Source: Escherichia coli (GTDB lineage Bacteria; Pseudomonadota; Gammaproteobacteria; Enterobacterales; Enterobacteriaceae). Taken from it: 63,428 nt of DNA. A program made the translations under genes and the position numbers. The DNA lies in NCBI RefSeq assembly GCF_024223415.1, contig NZ_CP100504.1, one strand, 5' to 3'. The notes under the pieces are model-generated. The model was given only the letters and a program-made list of their open reading frames with translations, had not been told where the DNA came from and did no database searches. Positions 41,514 through 50,785 of the stretch are shown here, in pieces; the first letter of the stretch is position 1, and each line of letters starts with the position of its first letter.

Positions 41514-42257
41514 ATGAATAAAGCATTACTGCCACTGTTACTCTGCTGCTTTATTTTTCCGGCGTCAGGGAAAGATGCAGGCTGGCAGTGGTATAACGAG
41601 AAAATAAATCCGAAGGAAAAAGAAAATAAACCTGTACCTGCAGCCCCCCGTCAGGAGCCGGATATTATGCAGAAACTGGCCGCGCTGCAGACGGCAACAA
41701 AGCGGGCGCTGTACGAAGCCATTCTGTATCCCGGCGTGGATAATTTTGTGAAATATTTCCGGCTGCAGAATTACTGGACTCAGCAGGCCGGGCTTTTCAC
41801 CATGAGTGCTAAAAAAGCTATGCTGGCACATCCCGAACTGGACTATAACCTGCAGTACAGCCATTACAACGGCACGGTCCGGAACCAGCTGGCGGCAGAC
41901 CAGGCGCAGCAGCGACAGGCCATTGCGAAACTGGCTGAACACTACGGCATCATGTTTTTTTACCGGGGGCAGGACCCCATCGACGGGCAACTGGCGCAGG
42001 TCATTAATGGCTTCCGGGATACCTATGGTCTGAGTGTTATTCCCGTTTCCGTGGATGGCGTGATTAATCCGCTGTTGCCGGATTCCCGGACTGACCAGGG
42101 GCAGGCGCAGCGCCTCGGCGTGAAATATTTCCCGGCCATGATGCTGGTAGACCCGAAACAGGGCAGTGTTCGCCCGTTATCATACGGCTTTATTTCGCAG
42201 GATGACCTGGCAAAACAATTCCTGAACGTTTCTGAAGACTTTAAACCGAATTTTTAA
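41514..42257 (+). CDS. traF: pilus assembly protein TraF (thioredoxin-like fold)
   Basis: 247 aa from MNKALLPLLLCCFIFPASG (signal peptide) with RBS aaagga upstream; matches TraF. Confidence 0.85.
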   Translation: MNKALLPLLLCCFIFPASGKDAGWQWYNEKINPKEKENKPVPAAPRQEPDIMQKLAALQTATKRALYEAILYPGVDNFVKYFRLQNYWTQQAGLFTMSAKKAMLAHPELDYNLQYSHYNGTVRNQLAADQAQQRQAIAKLAEHYGIMFFYRGQDPIDGQLAQVINGFRDTYGLSVIPVSVDGVINPLLPDSRTDQGQAQRLGVKYFPAMMLVDPKQGSVRPLSYGFISQDDLAKQFLNVSEDFKPNF

Positions 42258-42377
42258 AGAGGTCATTTAAATGAATTTTATTTCTTTATGGCCTTTATTG
42301 CTGGCCCAGGTGACAGTCATGTCACTGACAGTGATTTTCCTTGCTGCTGACAGGCGTTTTTTTCATGGGACTGTTTT

Positions 42378-42632
42378 GTGGTTTGTACCCTGTCCATGAT
42401 GATGGCGGAAGGTATTGTTATTATGAAATATGAATTGTGGCATATCCCTCCTGCCCTGCTGGGTCTGGCAGGAGTGTTGTCATGGTTGCTGCTGCTACTC
42501 CATACAGGATATTTTTCAGGCATATCAGAAGGAGTGCATAAGCGTTTGTGGCTCGCTGTTGCCGCAGTGTTTTCTGGTGCGGGAATGATTATATTCTACT
42601 GGTTGCTCCATGCATTGCATCAGAAAACATAA
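42378..42632 (+). CDS. TrbA-like membrane protein (tentative)
   Basis: 84-aa hydrophobic ORF in the traF-traQ interval where F carries trbA and antisense artA; a minus-strand ORF (42589-42807) may correspond to artA. Confidence 0.35.
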   Translation: MVCTLSMMMAEGIVIMKYELWHIPPALLGLAGVLSWLLLLLHTGYFSGISEGVHKRLWLAVAAVFSGAGMIIFYWLLHALHQKT

Positions 42633-42863
42633 TAAAATAACGAATAGTTAATGCGAGAATAAGACACATCCAGAGAATAAATATTATAAGTGCGAGTTTT
42701 GCTCTTCTTATTCGTAACGCGGACAAGTAATTTATTACAGAGAGGAGCATCCAGAGTTCAATGCATATTATTATTAATATAAAAACAGAGAGCGTGATAA
42801 TTAACATAACTGTGTCTGATTGATGAAATCAGCAATATACTGAATAATAATGGTGTTTTAAAT

Positions 42864-43145
42864 ATGAGAAAATATAAATTCTCTTTACCCCGGCTTGATA
42901 TTACGGGTATGTGGGTATTTTCCCTGGGTGTCTGGTTTCATATCGTCGCCCGTCTTGTTCACAGCAAACCCGGGATGGCTTTTTTTCTGGCGGAGCTTAT
43001 TGCGGCTATTCTCGTGCTGTTCGGTGCATACCAGGTGCTGGATGCATGGATTGCCCGGGTCAGCCGGGAAGAGCGTGAGGCGCTGGAAGCCAGGCAACAG
43101 GCCATGATGGAAGAGCAGCTGGAGGGCGGACATGTCTCTCACTAA
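42864..43145 (+). CDS. traQ: pilin chaperone TraQ
   Basis: 93-aa membrane protein; matches TraQ. Confidence 0.85.
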   Translation: MRKYKFSLPRLDITGMWVFSLGVWFHIVARLVHSKPGMAFFLAELIAAILVLFGAYQVLDAWIARVSREEREALEARQQAMMEEQLEGGHVSH

Positions 43146-43686
43146 ATTACTGCCGGTTATTCTGTTGATGATGGCCACCGGGGTGCAGGCCTCCACCCGG
43201 GATGAAATTGAACGACTCTGGAATCCGCAGGGTATGGCTGCGCAGCCTGCACAACCGGCAGCAGACACGCCAGCCAGGACAGACAAGACAGAAAAGCCGG
43301 CTCCCCGCTGGTTCCGCCTCAGCAACGGCAGGCAGGTTAACCTGGCCGACTGGAAGGTGGTGCTGTTTATGCAGGGGCATTGCCCTTACTGTCACCAGTT
43401 TGACCCGGTACTGAAGCAGCTGGCACAGCAGTACGGCTTTTCCGTTTTTCCCTACACCCTGGATGGTCAGGGGGATACCGCCTTTCCGGAAGCATTACCG
43501 GTGCCACCGGACGTGATGCAGACCTTCTTCCCGAATATTCCGGTGGCCACACCGACCACCTTCCTGGTCAACGTCAACACACTTGAGGCATTACCGCTTT
43601 TACAGGGGGCAACGGATGCCGCCGGTTTTATGGCGCGGATGGATACCGTTCTGCAGATGTACGGAGGGAAAAAAGGTGCGAAATAA
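43132..43686 (+). CDS. trbB: TrbB (periplasmic thioredoxin-like disulfide isomerase)
   Basis: 184 aa with signal peptide and CPYC active-site motif. Confidence 0.9.
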   Translation: MSLTKLLPVILLMMATGVQASTRDEIERLWNPQGMAAQPAQPAADTPARTDKTEKPAPRWFRLSNGRQVNLADWKVVLFMQGHCPYCHQFDPVLKQLAQQYGFSVFPYTLDGQGDTAFPEALPVPPDVMQTFFPNIPVATPTTFLVNVNTLEALPLLQGATDAAGFMARMDTVLQMYGGKKGAK

Positions 43687-43990
43687 GCAGGTGGTGTTAC
43701 TCATTGCCGGAATATCCGGCATCGCGACGGGAATAATCGTCAGCCTGAATATCCCCTTTATCCGTCAGGGACTTTTTTATCCCGCCAGCCCTGTAGAAAT
43801 TGTCGTTTCGCTGTGTCTTACCTTTTCTGTTTCTGTTGTGTTTTTTGTGGGGGCAATTGTGGGATGGATTTTGGTGTCTGAAATATATTACAGCCGCATG
43901 ACCGGTCTGAATGAATCATCAGTAATATCAGAGGAAACTTATAATGACAGAAAACAAAAAGAATCAGGAATTCAAAATAAGAAAAATTAG
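43679..43990 (+). CDS. trbJ: TrbJ-like membrane protein
   Basis: ~103 aa from a GTG overlapping the trbB stop; two TM segments; position matches trbJ. Confidence 0.5.
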   Translation, partial: RNKQVVLLIAGISGIATGIIVSLNIPFIRQGLFYPASPVEIVVSLCLTFSVSVVFFVGAIVGWILVSEIYYSRMTGLNESSVISEETYNDRKQKESGIQNKKN

Positions 43991-44336
43991 ACGGAATATT
44001 GAGTATAGTTTCAGAGGTTCTGACAGATATTTTGATTTGTTTTTTGTTTTCCTTGTTGCCGGAATTGTTTTATGGGCAGTTATGCACGTTATTTTCGATG
44101 TCTGTATTGATTCGTGGATGGCCGACCCGAAATTACTTAATTTCCAGTATATGTGGAATGTTCTGATGAAAGTCATTCCGTTTACGTTATGGGCGCTGGC
44201 AGCAGGGTTTCTTGTTACATTTTTTCTGTCCCCAATGTGCGAATTAATATTAGGAAATATCGGGATATTCCTGCTGAAATGTCGTATGCGCCGGGAGAAC
44301 AAATTAAGGGAGGTCAAGAATGATGCCACGCATTAA
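43944..44336 (+). CDS. trbF: TrbF
   Basis: 130-aa membrane protein in the expected position. Confidence 0.75.
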   Translation: MTENKKNQEFKIRKIRRNIEYSFRGSDRYFDLFFVFLVAGIVLWAVMHVIFDVCIDSWMADPKLLNFQYMWNVLMKVIPFTLWALAAGFLVTFFLSPMCELILGNIGIFLLKCRMRRENKLREVKNDATH

Positions 44337-45696
44337 ACCTCTTCTGGTTCTTTGTGCCGCTTTACTGACGGTCACACCCGCAGCGTCAGCGGATGTGAAC
44401 AGCGACATGAATCAGTTCTTTAACAAGCTGGGCTTCGCCTCCAATACCACACAGCCGGGCGTCTGGCAGGGGCAGGCCGCCGGGTATGCCTATGGTGGCT
44501 CCCTGTATGCCCGCACCCAGGTCAAAAATATCCAGCTGATTTCCATGACGCTGCCGGATATCAATGCCGGATGTGGCGGCATCGACGCCTATCTCGGCTC
44601 GTTCAGTTTTATTAATGGCGAGCAGTTGCAGCGTTTTGTTAAGCAGATTATGAGCAATGCTGCCGGTTACTTTTTTGACCTTGCCCTGCAGACAACGGTG
44701 CCGGAAATAAAAACCGCAAAAGACTTCGTACAGAAAATGGCAAGCGACATTAACAGTATGAACCTCAGTTCCTGCCAGGCTGCACAGGGGATTATCGGCG
44801 GGCTTTTCCCCCGGACGCAGGTGTCCCAGCAGAAAGTCTGTCAGGACATTGCCGGTGAGAGCAATATTTTTGCTGACTGGGCGGCTTCCCGGCAGGGATG
44901 TACCGTTGGCGGGAAATCTGACAGCGTCAGGGATAAAGCCAGCGACAAGGATAAGGAGCGGGTGACCAAAAACATCAACATCATGTGGAATGCTCTTTCC
45001 AAAAACAGAATGTTTGACGGCAACAAAGAGCTGAAAGAGTTTGTGATGACGCTGACCGGCTCACTGGTGTTTGGTCCCAACGGCGAAATCACACCGCTGT
45101 CGGCCAGAACCACTGACCGCTCAATTATCCGGGCCATGATGGAAGGCGGCACAGCAAAAATTTATCACTGCAACGATTCTGATAAATGCCTGAAAGTAGT
45201 GGCAGACACACCGGTGACCATCAGCCGGGATAATGCACTGAAGTCTCAGATTACTAAACTTCTGGCCAGCATTCAGAATAAGGCGGTCAGTGACACATCT
45301 CTGGATGACAAGGAAAAAGGCTTTATTTCCAGTACCACTATCCCCGTCTTCAAATACCTGGTTGACCCGCAGATGCTCGGTGTTTCCAACAGTATGATTT
45401 ACCAGCTGACGGACTATATCGGTTACGACATCCTGCTGCAGTACATTCAGGAGCTGATACAGCAGGCCCGGGCGATGGTGGCCACAGGAAATTATGACGA
45501 AGCAGTTATCGAACATATTAACGACAACATGAATGATGCCACCCGGCAGATTGCGGCGTTTCAGTCACAGGTGCAGGTACAGCAGGATGCGCTGCTGGTT
45601 GTCGATCGTCAGATGAGCTACATGCGTCAGCAGCTTTCCGCCCGCATGCTCAGTCGTTACCAGAACAACTATCACTTCGGAGGGAGCACGCTGTGA
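44320..45696 (+). CDS. traH: pilus assembly protein TraH
   Basis: 458 aa with signal peptide; matches TraH. Confidence 0.95.
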   Translation: MMPRIKPLLVLCAALLTVTPAASADVNSDMNQFFNKLGFASNTTQPGVWQGQAAGYAYGGSLYARTQVKNIQLISMTLPDINAGCGGIDAYLGSFSFINGEQLQRFVKQIMSNAAGYFFDLALQTTVPEIKTAKDFVQKMASDINSMNLSSCQAAQGIIGGLFPRTQVSQQKVCQDIAGESNIFADWAASRQGCTVGGKSDSVRDKASDKDKERVTKNINIMWNALSKNRMFDGNKELKEFVMTLTGSLVFGPNGEITPLSARTTDRSIIRAMMEGGTAKIYHCNDSDKCLKVVADTPVTISRDNALKSQITKLLASIQNKAVSDTSLDDKEKGFISSTTIPVFKYLVDPQMLGVSNSMIYQLTDYIGYDILLQYIQELIQQARAMVATGNYDEAVIEHINDNMNDATRQIAAFQSQVQVQQDALLVVDRQMSYMRQQLSARMLSRYQNNYHFGGSTL

Positions 45697-48515
45697 ATGA
45701 AGTTTATGTGATTGCCGGTGGTGAGTGGTTGCGGAATAACCTGAATGCCATTGCCGCCTTTATGGGAACCAGAACGTGGGATTCCATTGAAAAAATTGCG
45801 CTCACATTGTCTGTTCTCGCGGTGGCCGTAATGTGGGTACAGCGGCACAACGTGATGGATTTGCTGGGCTGGGTGGCCGTGTTTGTGCTTATCAGCCTGC
45901 TGGTTAATGTCCGTACATCGGTGCAGATTATTGATAACAGTGACCTGGTCAAAGTTCACCGGGTGGATAATGTGCCGGTCGGACTGGCGATGCCACTTTC
46001 ACTGACGACCCGTATCGGGCATGCAATGGTGGCCAGTTACGAGATGATCTTCACGCAACCGGACAGTGTCACCTACAGCAAAACGGGGATGCTGTTTGGC
46101 GCAGAACTGGTATCAAAAAGCACCGACTTTTTGTCCCGTAATCCGGAAATCGCCAATCTTTTCCAGGATTATGTGCAGAACTGCGTGATGGGGGATATTT
46201 ACCTGAACCACAAATATACGCTGGAGGAGCTGATGGCCTCCGCTGATCCCTACACGCTGATTTTTTCCCGCCCCAGCCCGCTGCGGGGCGTTTATGACAG
46301 CAATAATAATTTCGTAACCTGTAAGGACGCTTCGGTTTCGCTGAAAGACAAGCTGAATCTGGACACACAGAGTGGCGGAAAAACCTGGCATTATTATGCC
46401 CAGCAGCTATTTGGCGGACGCCCTGATCCTAACCTGCTGTTCAGTACGCTGATTGGCGACAGTTACAGTTACTTCTATGGCTCAAGTAAATCAGCCAGCC
46501 AGATCATCCGCCAGAATGTCACCATCAATGCGCTGAAGGAGGGGATCACCAGTTATGCCGCACGTAATGGTGATTCGGCCAGCCTGGTGAATCTGGCCAC
46601 CACGTCATCGATGGAGAAACAACGTCTGGCACATGTATCAATCGGTCATGTGGCGATGCGGACACTGCCCATGACGCAGACCATCCTGACGGGGATCGCC
46701 ATCGGTATTTTCCCGCTCCTGGTACTGGCGGCTGTATTCAACAAACTGACGCTGTCCGTCCTGAAAGGCTATGTGTTTGCCCTGATGTGGTTGCAGTCAT
46801 GGCCAATGTTGTACGCCATTCTGAACAGCGCCATGACATTTTATGCAAAGCAGAATGGTGCACCGGTGGTGCTCTCGGAAATTTCACAGATACAGCTGAA
46901 ATACTCCGATCTGGCTTCCACTGCCGGGTATCTTTCCATGATGATCCCGCCATTATCCTGGATGATGGTCAGGGGGCTCGGGGCAGGATTTTCCAGTGTG
47001 TACAGCCATTTCGCTTCCTCTGCTATCAGCCCGACCGCCAGTGCAGCAGGCAGTGTGGTTGACGGTAATTACTCCTACGGCAACATGCAGACGGAGAACG
47101 TGAACGGCTTCAGCTGGAGCACCAACAGCACCACGTCGTTTGGTCAGATGATGTACCAGACCGGCAGTGGCGCAACTGCCACACAGACCCGTGACGGTAA
47201 TATGGTGATGGATGCAAGCGGAGCGATGTCCCGGTTACCGGTCGGCATCAATGCAACGCGTCAGATTGCGGCGGCACAACAGGAAATGGCCCGGGAAGCA
47301 TCGAACAGAGCAGAAAGTGCCCTGCATGGGTTCAGCAGCAGTATTGCCAGTGCCTGGAACACGCTCAGTCAGTTTGGTTCTAACCGGGGGAGCAGTGATT
47401 CTGTCACCGGTGGTGCTGACAGTACGATGAGTGCACAGGACTCCATGATGGCCAGCCGTATGCGCAGTGCAGTGGAAAGCTATGCGAAGGCGCATAATAT
47501 CAGTAATGAGCAGGCGACTCAGGAACTGGCATCCAGAAGTACGAGAGCTTCTGCCGGGATGTATGGAGATGCTCATGCTGAATGGGGGGTTAAACCTGGA
47601 ATTCTTGGTGTTGGTGGCGGCTTAGGTGTTAAAGGTGGTGGTCGCGCTGGTATTGATTGGGAAGATAATGATGCGCATACGGCAAGTAGTAATACTCAGT
47701 CGAGCCATAATGCTCGTCATGATATCGATGCCAGAGCTACACAAGACTTTAAAGAGGCCAGCGATTACTTTACCAGTCGCAAGGTCAGTGAGTCCGGCAG
47801 CCATACTGACAATAATGCTGATTCCCGTGTGGATCAGTTGTCTGCAGCCCTGAATTCAGCGAAGCAGAGTTACGACCAGTTCACGACGAATATGACCCGC
47901 AGCCATGAATATGCTGAAATGGCATCCCGTACTGAAAGCATGAGTGGGCAGATGAGTGAAGACCTGTCGCAACAGTTTGCACAGTATGTGATGAAACACG
48001 CGCCGCAGGATGCCGAAGCTATTCTGACAAACACCAGTTCACCGGAGATTGCAGAACGCCGTCGGGCTATGGCGTGGTCTTTTGTTCAGGAACAGGTGCA
48101 GCCTGGTGTTGATAATGCCTGGCGTGAATCCCGTGGGGACATCGGTAAAGGAATGGAGAGCGTACCTTCGGGTGGTGGCAGCCAGGATATTATTGCTGAT
48201 CATCAGGGGCATCAGGCCATTATTGAGCAAAGAACGCAGGACAGTAATATCCGTAATGATGTAAAACATCAGGTTGATAATATGGTCACAGAATACCGAG
48301 GCAATATCGGAGATACTCAGAGCAGCATACGTGGCGAAGAAAATATTGTAGGAAGACAGTATTCTGAACTACAAAATCACCATAAAACAGAGGCATTATC
48401 TCAGAATAATAAATATAATGAAGAAAAATCGGGTCAGGAAAGAATGCCCGGGGCTGACAGTCCACAGGAACTGATGAAAAGAGCAAAGGAGTATCAGGAT
48501 AAGCACAAGCAATAA
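45693..48515 (+). CDS. traG: TraG (pilus assembly, mating-pair stabilisation, entry-exclusion target)
   Basis: 940 aa with N-terminal polytopic domain and large periplasmic C-terminal domain. Confidence 0.95.
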   Translation: MNEVYVIAGGEWLRNNLNAIAAFMGTRTWDSIEKIALTLSVLAVAVMWVQRHNVMDLLGWVAVFVLISLLVNVRTSVQIIDNSDLVKVHRVDNVPVGLAMPLSLTTRIGHAMVASYEMIFTQPDSVTYSKTGMLFGAELVSKSTDFLSRNPEIANLFQDYVQNCVMGDIYLNHKYTLEELMASADPYTLIFSRPSPLRGVYDSNNNFVTCKDASVSLKDKLNLDTQSGGKTWHYYAQQLFGGRPDPNLLFSTLIGDSYSYFYGSSKSASQIIRQNVTINALKEGITSYAARNGDSASLVNLATTSSMEKQRLAHVSIGHVAMRTLPMTQTILTGIAIGIFPLLVLAAVFNKLTLSVLKGYVFALMWLQSWPMLYAILNSAMTFYAKQNGAPVVLSEISQIQLKYSDLASTAGYLSMMIPPLSWMMVRGLGAGFSSVYSHFASSAISPTASAAGSVVDGNYSYGNMQTENVNGFSWSTNSTTSFGQMMYQTGSGATATQTRDGNMVMDASGAMSRLPVGINATRQIAAAQQEMAREASNRAESALHGFSSSIASAWNTLSQFGSNRGSSDSVTGGADSTMSAQDSMMASRMRSAVESYAKAHNISNEQATQELASRSTRASAGMYGDAHAEWGVKPGILGVGGGLGVKGGGRAGIDWEDNDAHTASSNTQSSHNARHDIDARATQDFKEASDYFTSRKVSESGSHTDNNADSRVDQLSAALNSAKQSYDQFTTNMTRSHEYAEMASRTESMSGQMSEDLSQQFAQYVMKHAPQDAEAILTNTSSPEIAERRRAMAWSFVQEQVQPGVDNAWRESRGDIGKGMESVPSGGGSQDIIADHQGHQAIIEQRTQDSNIRNDVKHQVDNMVTEYRGNIGDTQSSIRGEENIVGRQYSELQNHHKTEALSQNNKYNEEKSGQERMPGADSPQELMKRAKEYQDKHKQ

Positions 48516-48535
48516 TATTGTATGGGGAGATGATA

Positions 48536-49015
48536 ATGAGATGTTTAACCCATATTGCTCTGGTAACGGTGATACAGTTTATCGCCTGTTATCTGGCTGG
48601 TTGGGGGAATGCCGAAACAATTTTTATGCTGTTCTTCATAGTACTATGGCAGGGACTGTTTATATGGTTGTTCTCTCAAATACGAAAAAAACGGAATGTG
48701 TCGGATGAGTTTAAGTTTAGTAAAGGCGTTTGGTATATAACGATGCCAGTATCTTCCTTACTCTCTCCATTATTAAGCCTGATGGTTTTTATCATTGGTA
48801 CACTATACGAATTAAGGCGAGTTAGTGGTTGTGTAAGTGTAAGAGAATGGATGCAATCTCAGGTAAATGAACAAACTAATGAAGATTTGCATCTGGATTT
48901 TGATAATATGGATTTTCATCGTACTAATCCTGCAACAGGGTTACCTATGTCAGGTATTGGTGTGGATATCGGTGGTAATTCATATGGTTATAGTTCAAAA
49001 CGATATGATGAGTGA
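48536..49015 (+). CDS. traS: entry exclusion protein TraS
   Basis: ~159-aa hydrophobic inner-membrane protein between traG and traT; AT-rich as is typical for traS. Confidence 0.75.
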   Translation: MRCLTHIALVTVIQFIACYLAGWGNAETIFMLFFIVLWQGLFIWLFSQIRKKRNVSDEFKFSKGVWYITMPVSSLLSPLLSLMVFIIGTLYELRRVSGCVSVREWMQSQVNEQTNEDLHLDFDNMDFHRTNPATGLPMSGIGVDIGGNSYGYSSKRYDE

Positions 49016-49063
49016 ATCTTAATTTGTATATTATGACGTTTTATTCAATATGAAGGAACATTG

Positions 49064-49795
49064 ATGAAAATGAAAAAATTGATGATGGTTGCACTGGTCA
49101 GTTCCACTCTGGCCCTTTCAGGGTGTGGTGCGATGAGCACAGCAATCAAGAAGCGTAACCTTGAGGTGAAGACTCAGATGAGTGAGACCATCTGGCTTGA
49201 ACCCGCCAGCGAACGCACGGTATTTCTGCAGATCAAAAACACGTCTGATAAAGACATGAGTGGGCTGCAGGGTAAAATTGCTGATGCTGTGAAAGCAAAA
49301 GGATATCAGGTGGTGACTTCTCCGGATAAAGCCTACTACTGGATTCAGGCGAATGTGCTGAAGGCCGATAAGATGGATCTGCGGGAGTCTCAGGGATGGC
49401 TGAACCGTGGTTATGAAGGCGCAGCTGTTGGTGCAGCGTTAGGTGCCGGTATTACCGGCTATAACTCAAATTCTGCCGGTGCCACACTCGGTGTAGGCCT
49501 TGCTGCTGGTCTGGTGGGTATGGCTGCAGATGCGATGGTGGAAGATGTGAACTATACCATGATCACGGATGTGCAGATTGCAGAGCGTACTAAGGCAACG
49601 GTGACAACGGATAATGTTGCCGCCCTGCGTCAGGGCACATCAGGTGCGAAAATTCAGACCAGTACTGAAACGGGTAACCAGCATAAATACCAGACCCGTG
49701 TGGTCTCAAATGCGAACAAGGTTAACCTGAAATTTGAAGAGGCGAAGCCTGTTCTCGAAGACCAGCTGGCCAAATCAATCGCAAATATTCTCTGA
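49064..49795 (+). CDS. traT: surface exclusion lipoprotein TraT
   Basis: 243 aa from [26 protein letters not shown] (lipobox); matches TraT. Confidence 0.95.
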   Translation: MKMKKLMMVALVSSTLALSGCGAMSTAIKKRNLEVKTQMSETIWLEPASERTVFLQIKNTSDKDMSGLQGKIADAVKAKGYQVVTSPDKAYYWIQANVLKADKMDLRESQGWLNRGYEGAAVGAALGAGITGYNSNSAGATLGVGLAAGLVGMAADAMVEDVNYTMITDVQIAERTKATVTTDNVAALRQGTSGAKIQTSTETGNQHKYQTRVVSNANKVNLKFEEAKPVLEDQLAKSIANIL

Positions 49796-49805
49796 ACCTC
49801 GTCAG

Positions 49806-49830
49806 GAGGCTGATCTGACCGGCCTCCTTG
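49806..49830. terminator. hairpin downstream of traT
   Basis: aggaggc-(loop)-gcctcct inverted repeat 10 nt after the traT stop. Confidence 0.4.
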
Positions 49831-49910
49831 CTGACGCCTCGCGTTGCTCGTTGTCCAACCCCGGGATGTAACAAAATAAATTTTGTCATCTCCCGGCGTT
49901 TCCGAAATAA
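49831..49910. repeat. ~80-bp conserved intergenic motif, copy A
   Basis: ctgacgcctcgcgttgctcgttgtccaaccccgg ... tcccggcgtttccgaaataaa; arms shared with 61554-61640 and partly with 62207-62250. Confidence 0.8.
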
Positions 49911-49997
49911 ATATGAAAACACTGAGCGGTTGTGCAAATTCTTTGTGCGACCGTGAAGTGTTGCCGGCGAAGCCGGGATCTTCCGGAGAAAGTCATT

Positions 49998-50735
49998 ATG
50001 ACATCAGACAATATCGCTGAATATGTTGGTGAGAATAATCAATTTACTGAGAAGCCTGTAACTGAATACCCCCCGGTGATACAGGATAATACAGTGACGA
50101 CTAAAGATTATCTGTACAGCAATAATATTGATACTGACCTTTTAGTGGTTATCGGAGGGCTTATTGTTATATTGTTTCTCATGATGCTTATCATGTACTT
50201 TATTAATTCTCTCAGGCATAAGGAATTAACTGAAATACTGACAAAAATATCTTTTCCTGAAAAATCCGGGAGCAATTCGCTTAAACCGGAAGCGGTCAGC
50301 TGTAATTTGTTGTCCCTGTGTGTGCTGGCACCGGTATTCTGTACACCCAGAAAGCTGGCAGAAGTCTCCAGGGAGATCATCGTGGCGAGTGCGCAGGAAA
50401 TTGCATGGACGCCGGGGAGCAGTCGTATTGATGGCCACCAGGCGGAGAATATCACCTGGGCGATTTCATCGCAGTCTCCTGCCGATAAGTATGATCTCAT
50501 CAATAAAACGTCCCGTGTTTCTCCTGACAGTGGCCGTTTTTATGAACCGGACACAGTTCTGGATCACCGTGAACGGGTACGCCTTTTTATTCAGATCCAG
50601 TTTCCGCATGGGAGTGACTGGTCTGAAGTATTGCGCCTGACTGACATTGTTACAGAGAAGGTCTCTTCCGGCAGGACTGCAGGCGGGTATCACCACCGGC
50701 ATACAGGGTACACCTGGTCTGTTTCTGTGAATTAA
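49998..50735 (+). CDS. hypothetical single-pass membrane protein (cargo between traT and traD)
   Basis: ~245 aa from MTSDNIAEY; one TM helix ([22 protein letters not shown]); AT-rich; preceded by motif copy A. Confidence 0.55.
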   Translation: MTSDNIAEYVGENNQFTEKPVTEYPPVIQDNTVTTKDYLYSNNIDTDLLVVIGGLIVILFLMMLIMYFINSLRHKELTEILTKISFPEKSGSNSLKPEAVSCNLLSLCVLAPVFCTPRKLAEVSREIIVASAQEIAWTPGSSRIDGHQAENITWAISSQSPADKYDLINKTSRVSPDSGRFYEPDTVLDHRERVRLFIQIQFPHGSDWSEVLRLTDIVTEKVSSGRTAGGYHHRHTGYTWSVSVN

Positions 50736-50785
50736 CCCCACATCATCCTTTTCTGCCCTGTTCCAGATTTTCCCGGAGTTTCATC

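Noticed and set aside
42589-42807. Possible artA on the minus strand opposite the trbA region
   Set aside because: The position fits artA of F, but the 72-aa hydrophobic translation cannot be distinguished by eye from an AT-rich spurious frame, so it is not listed as a feature.
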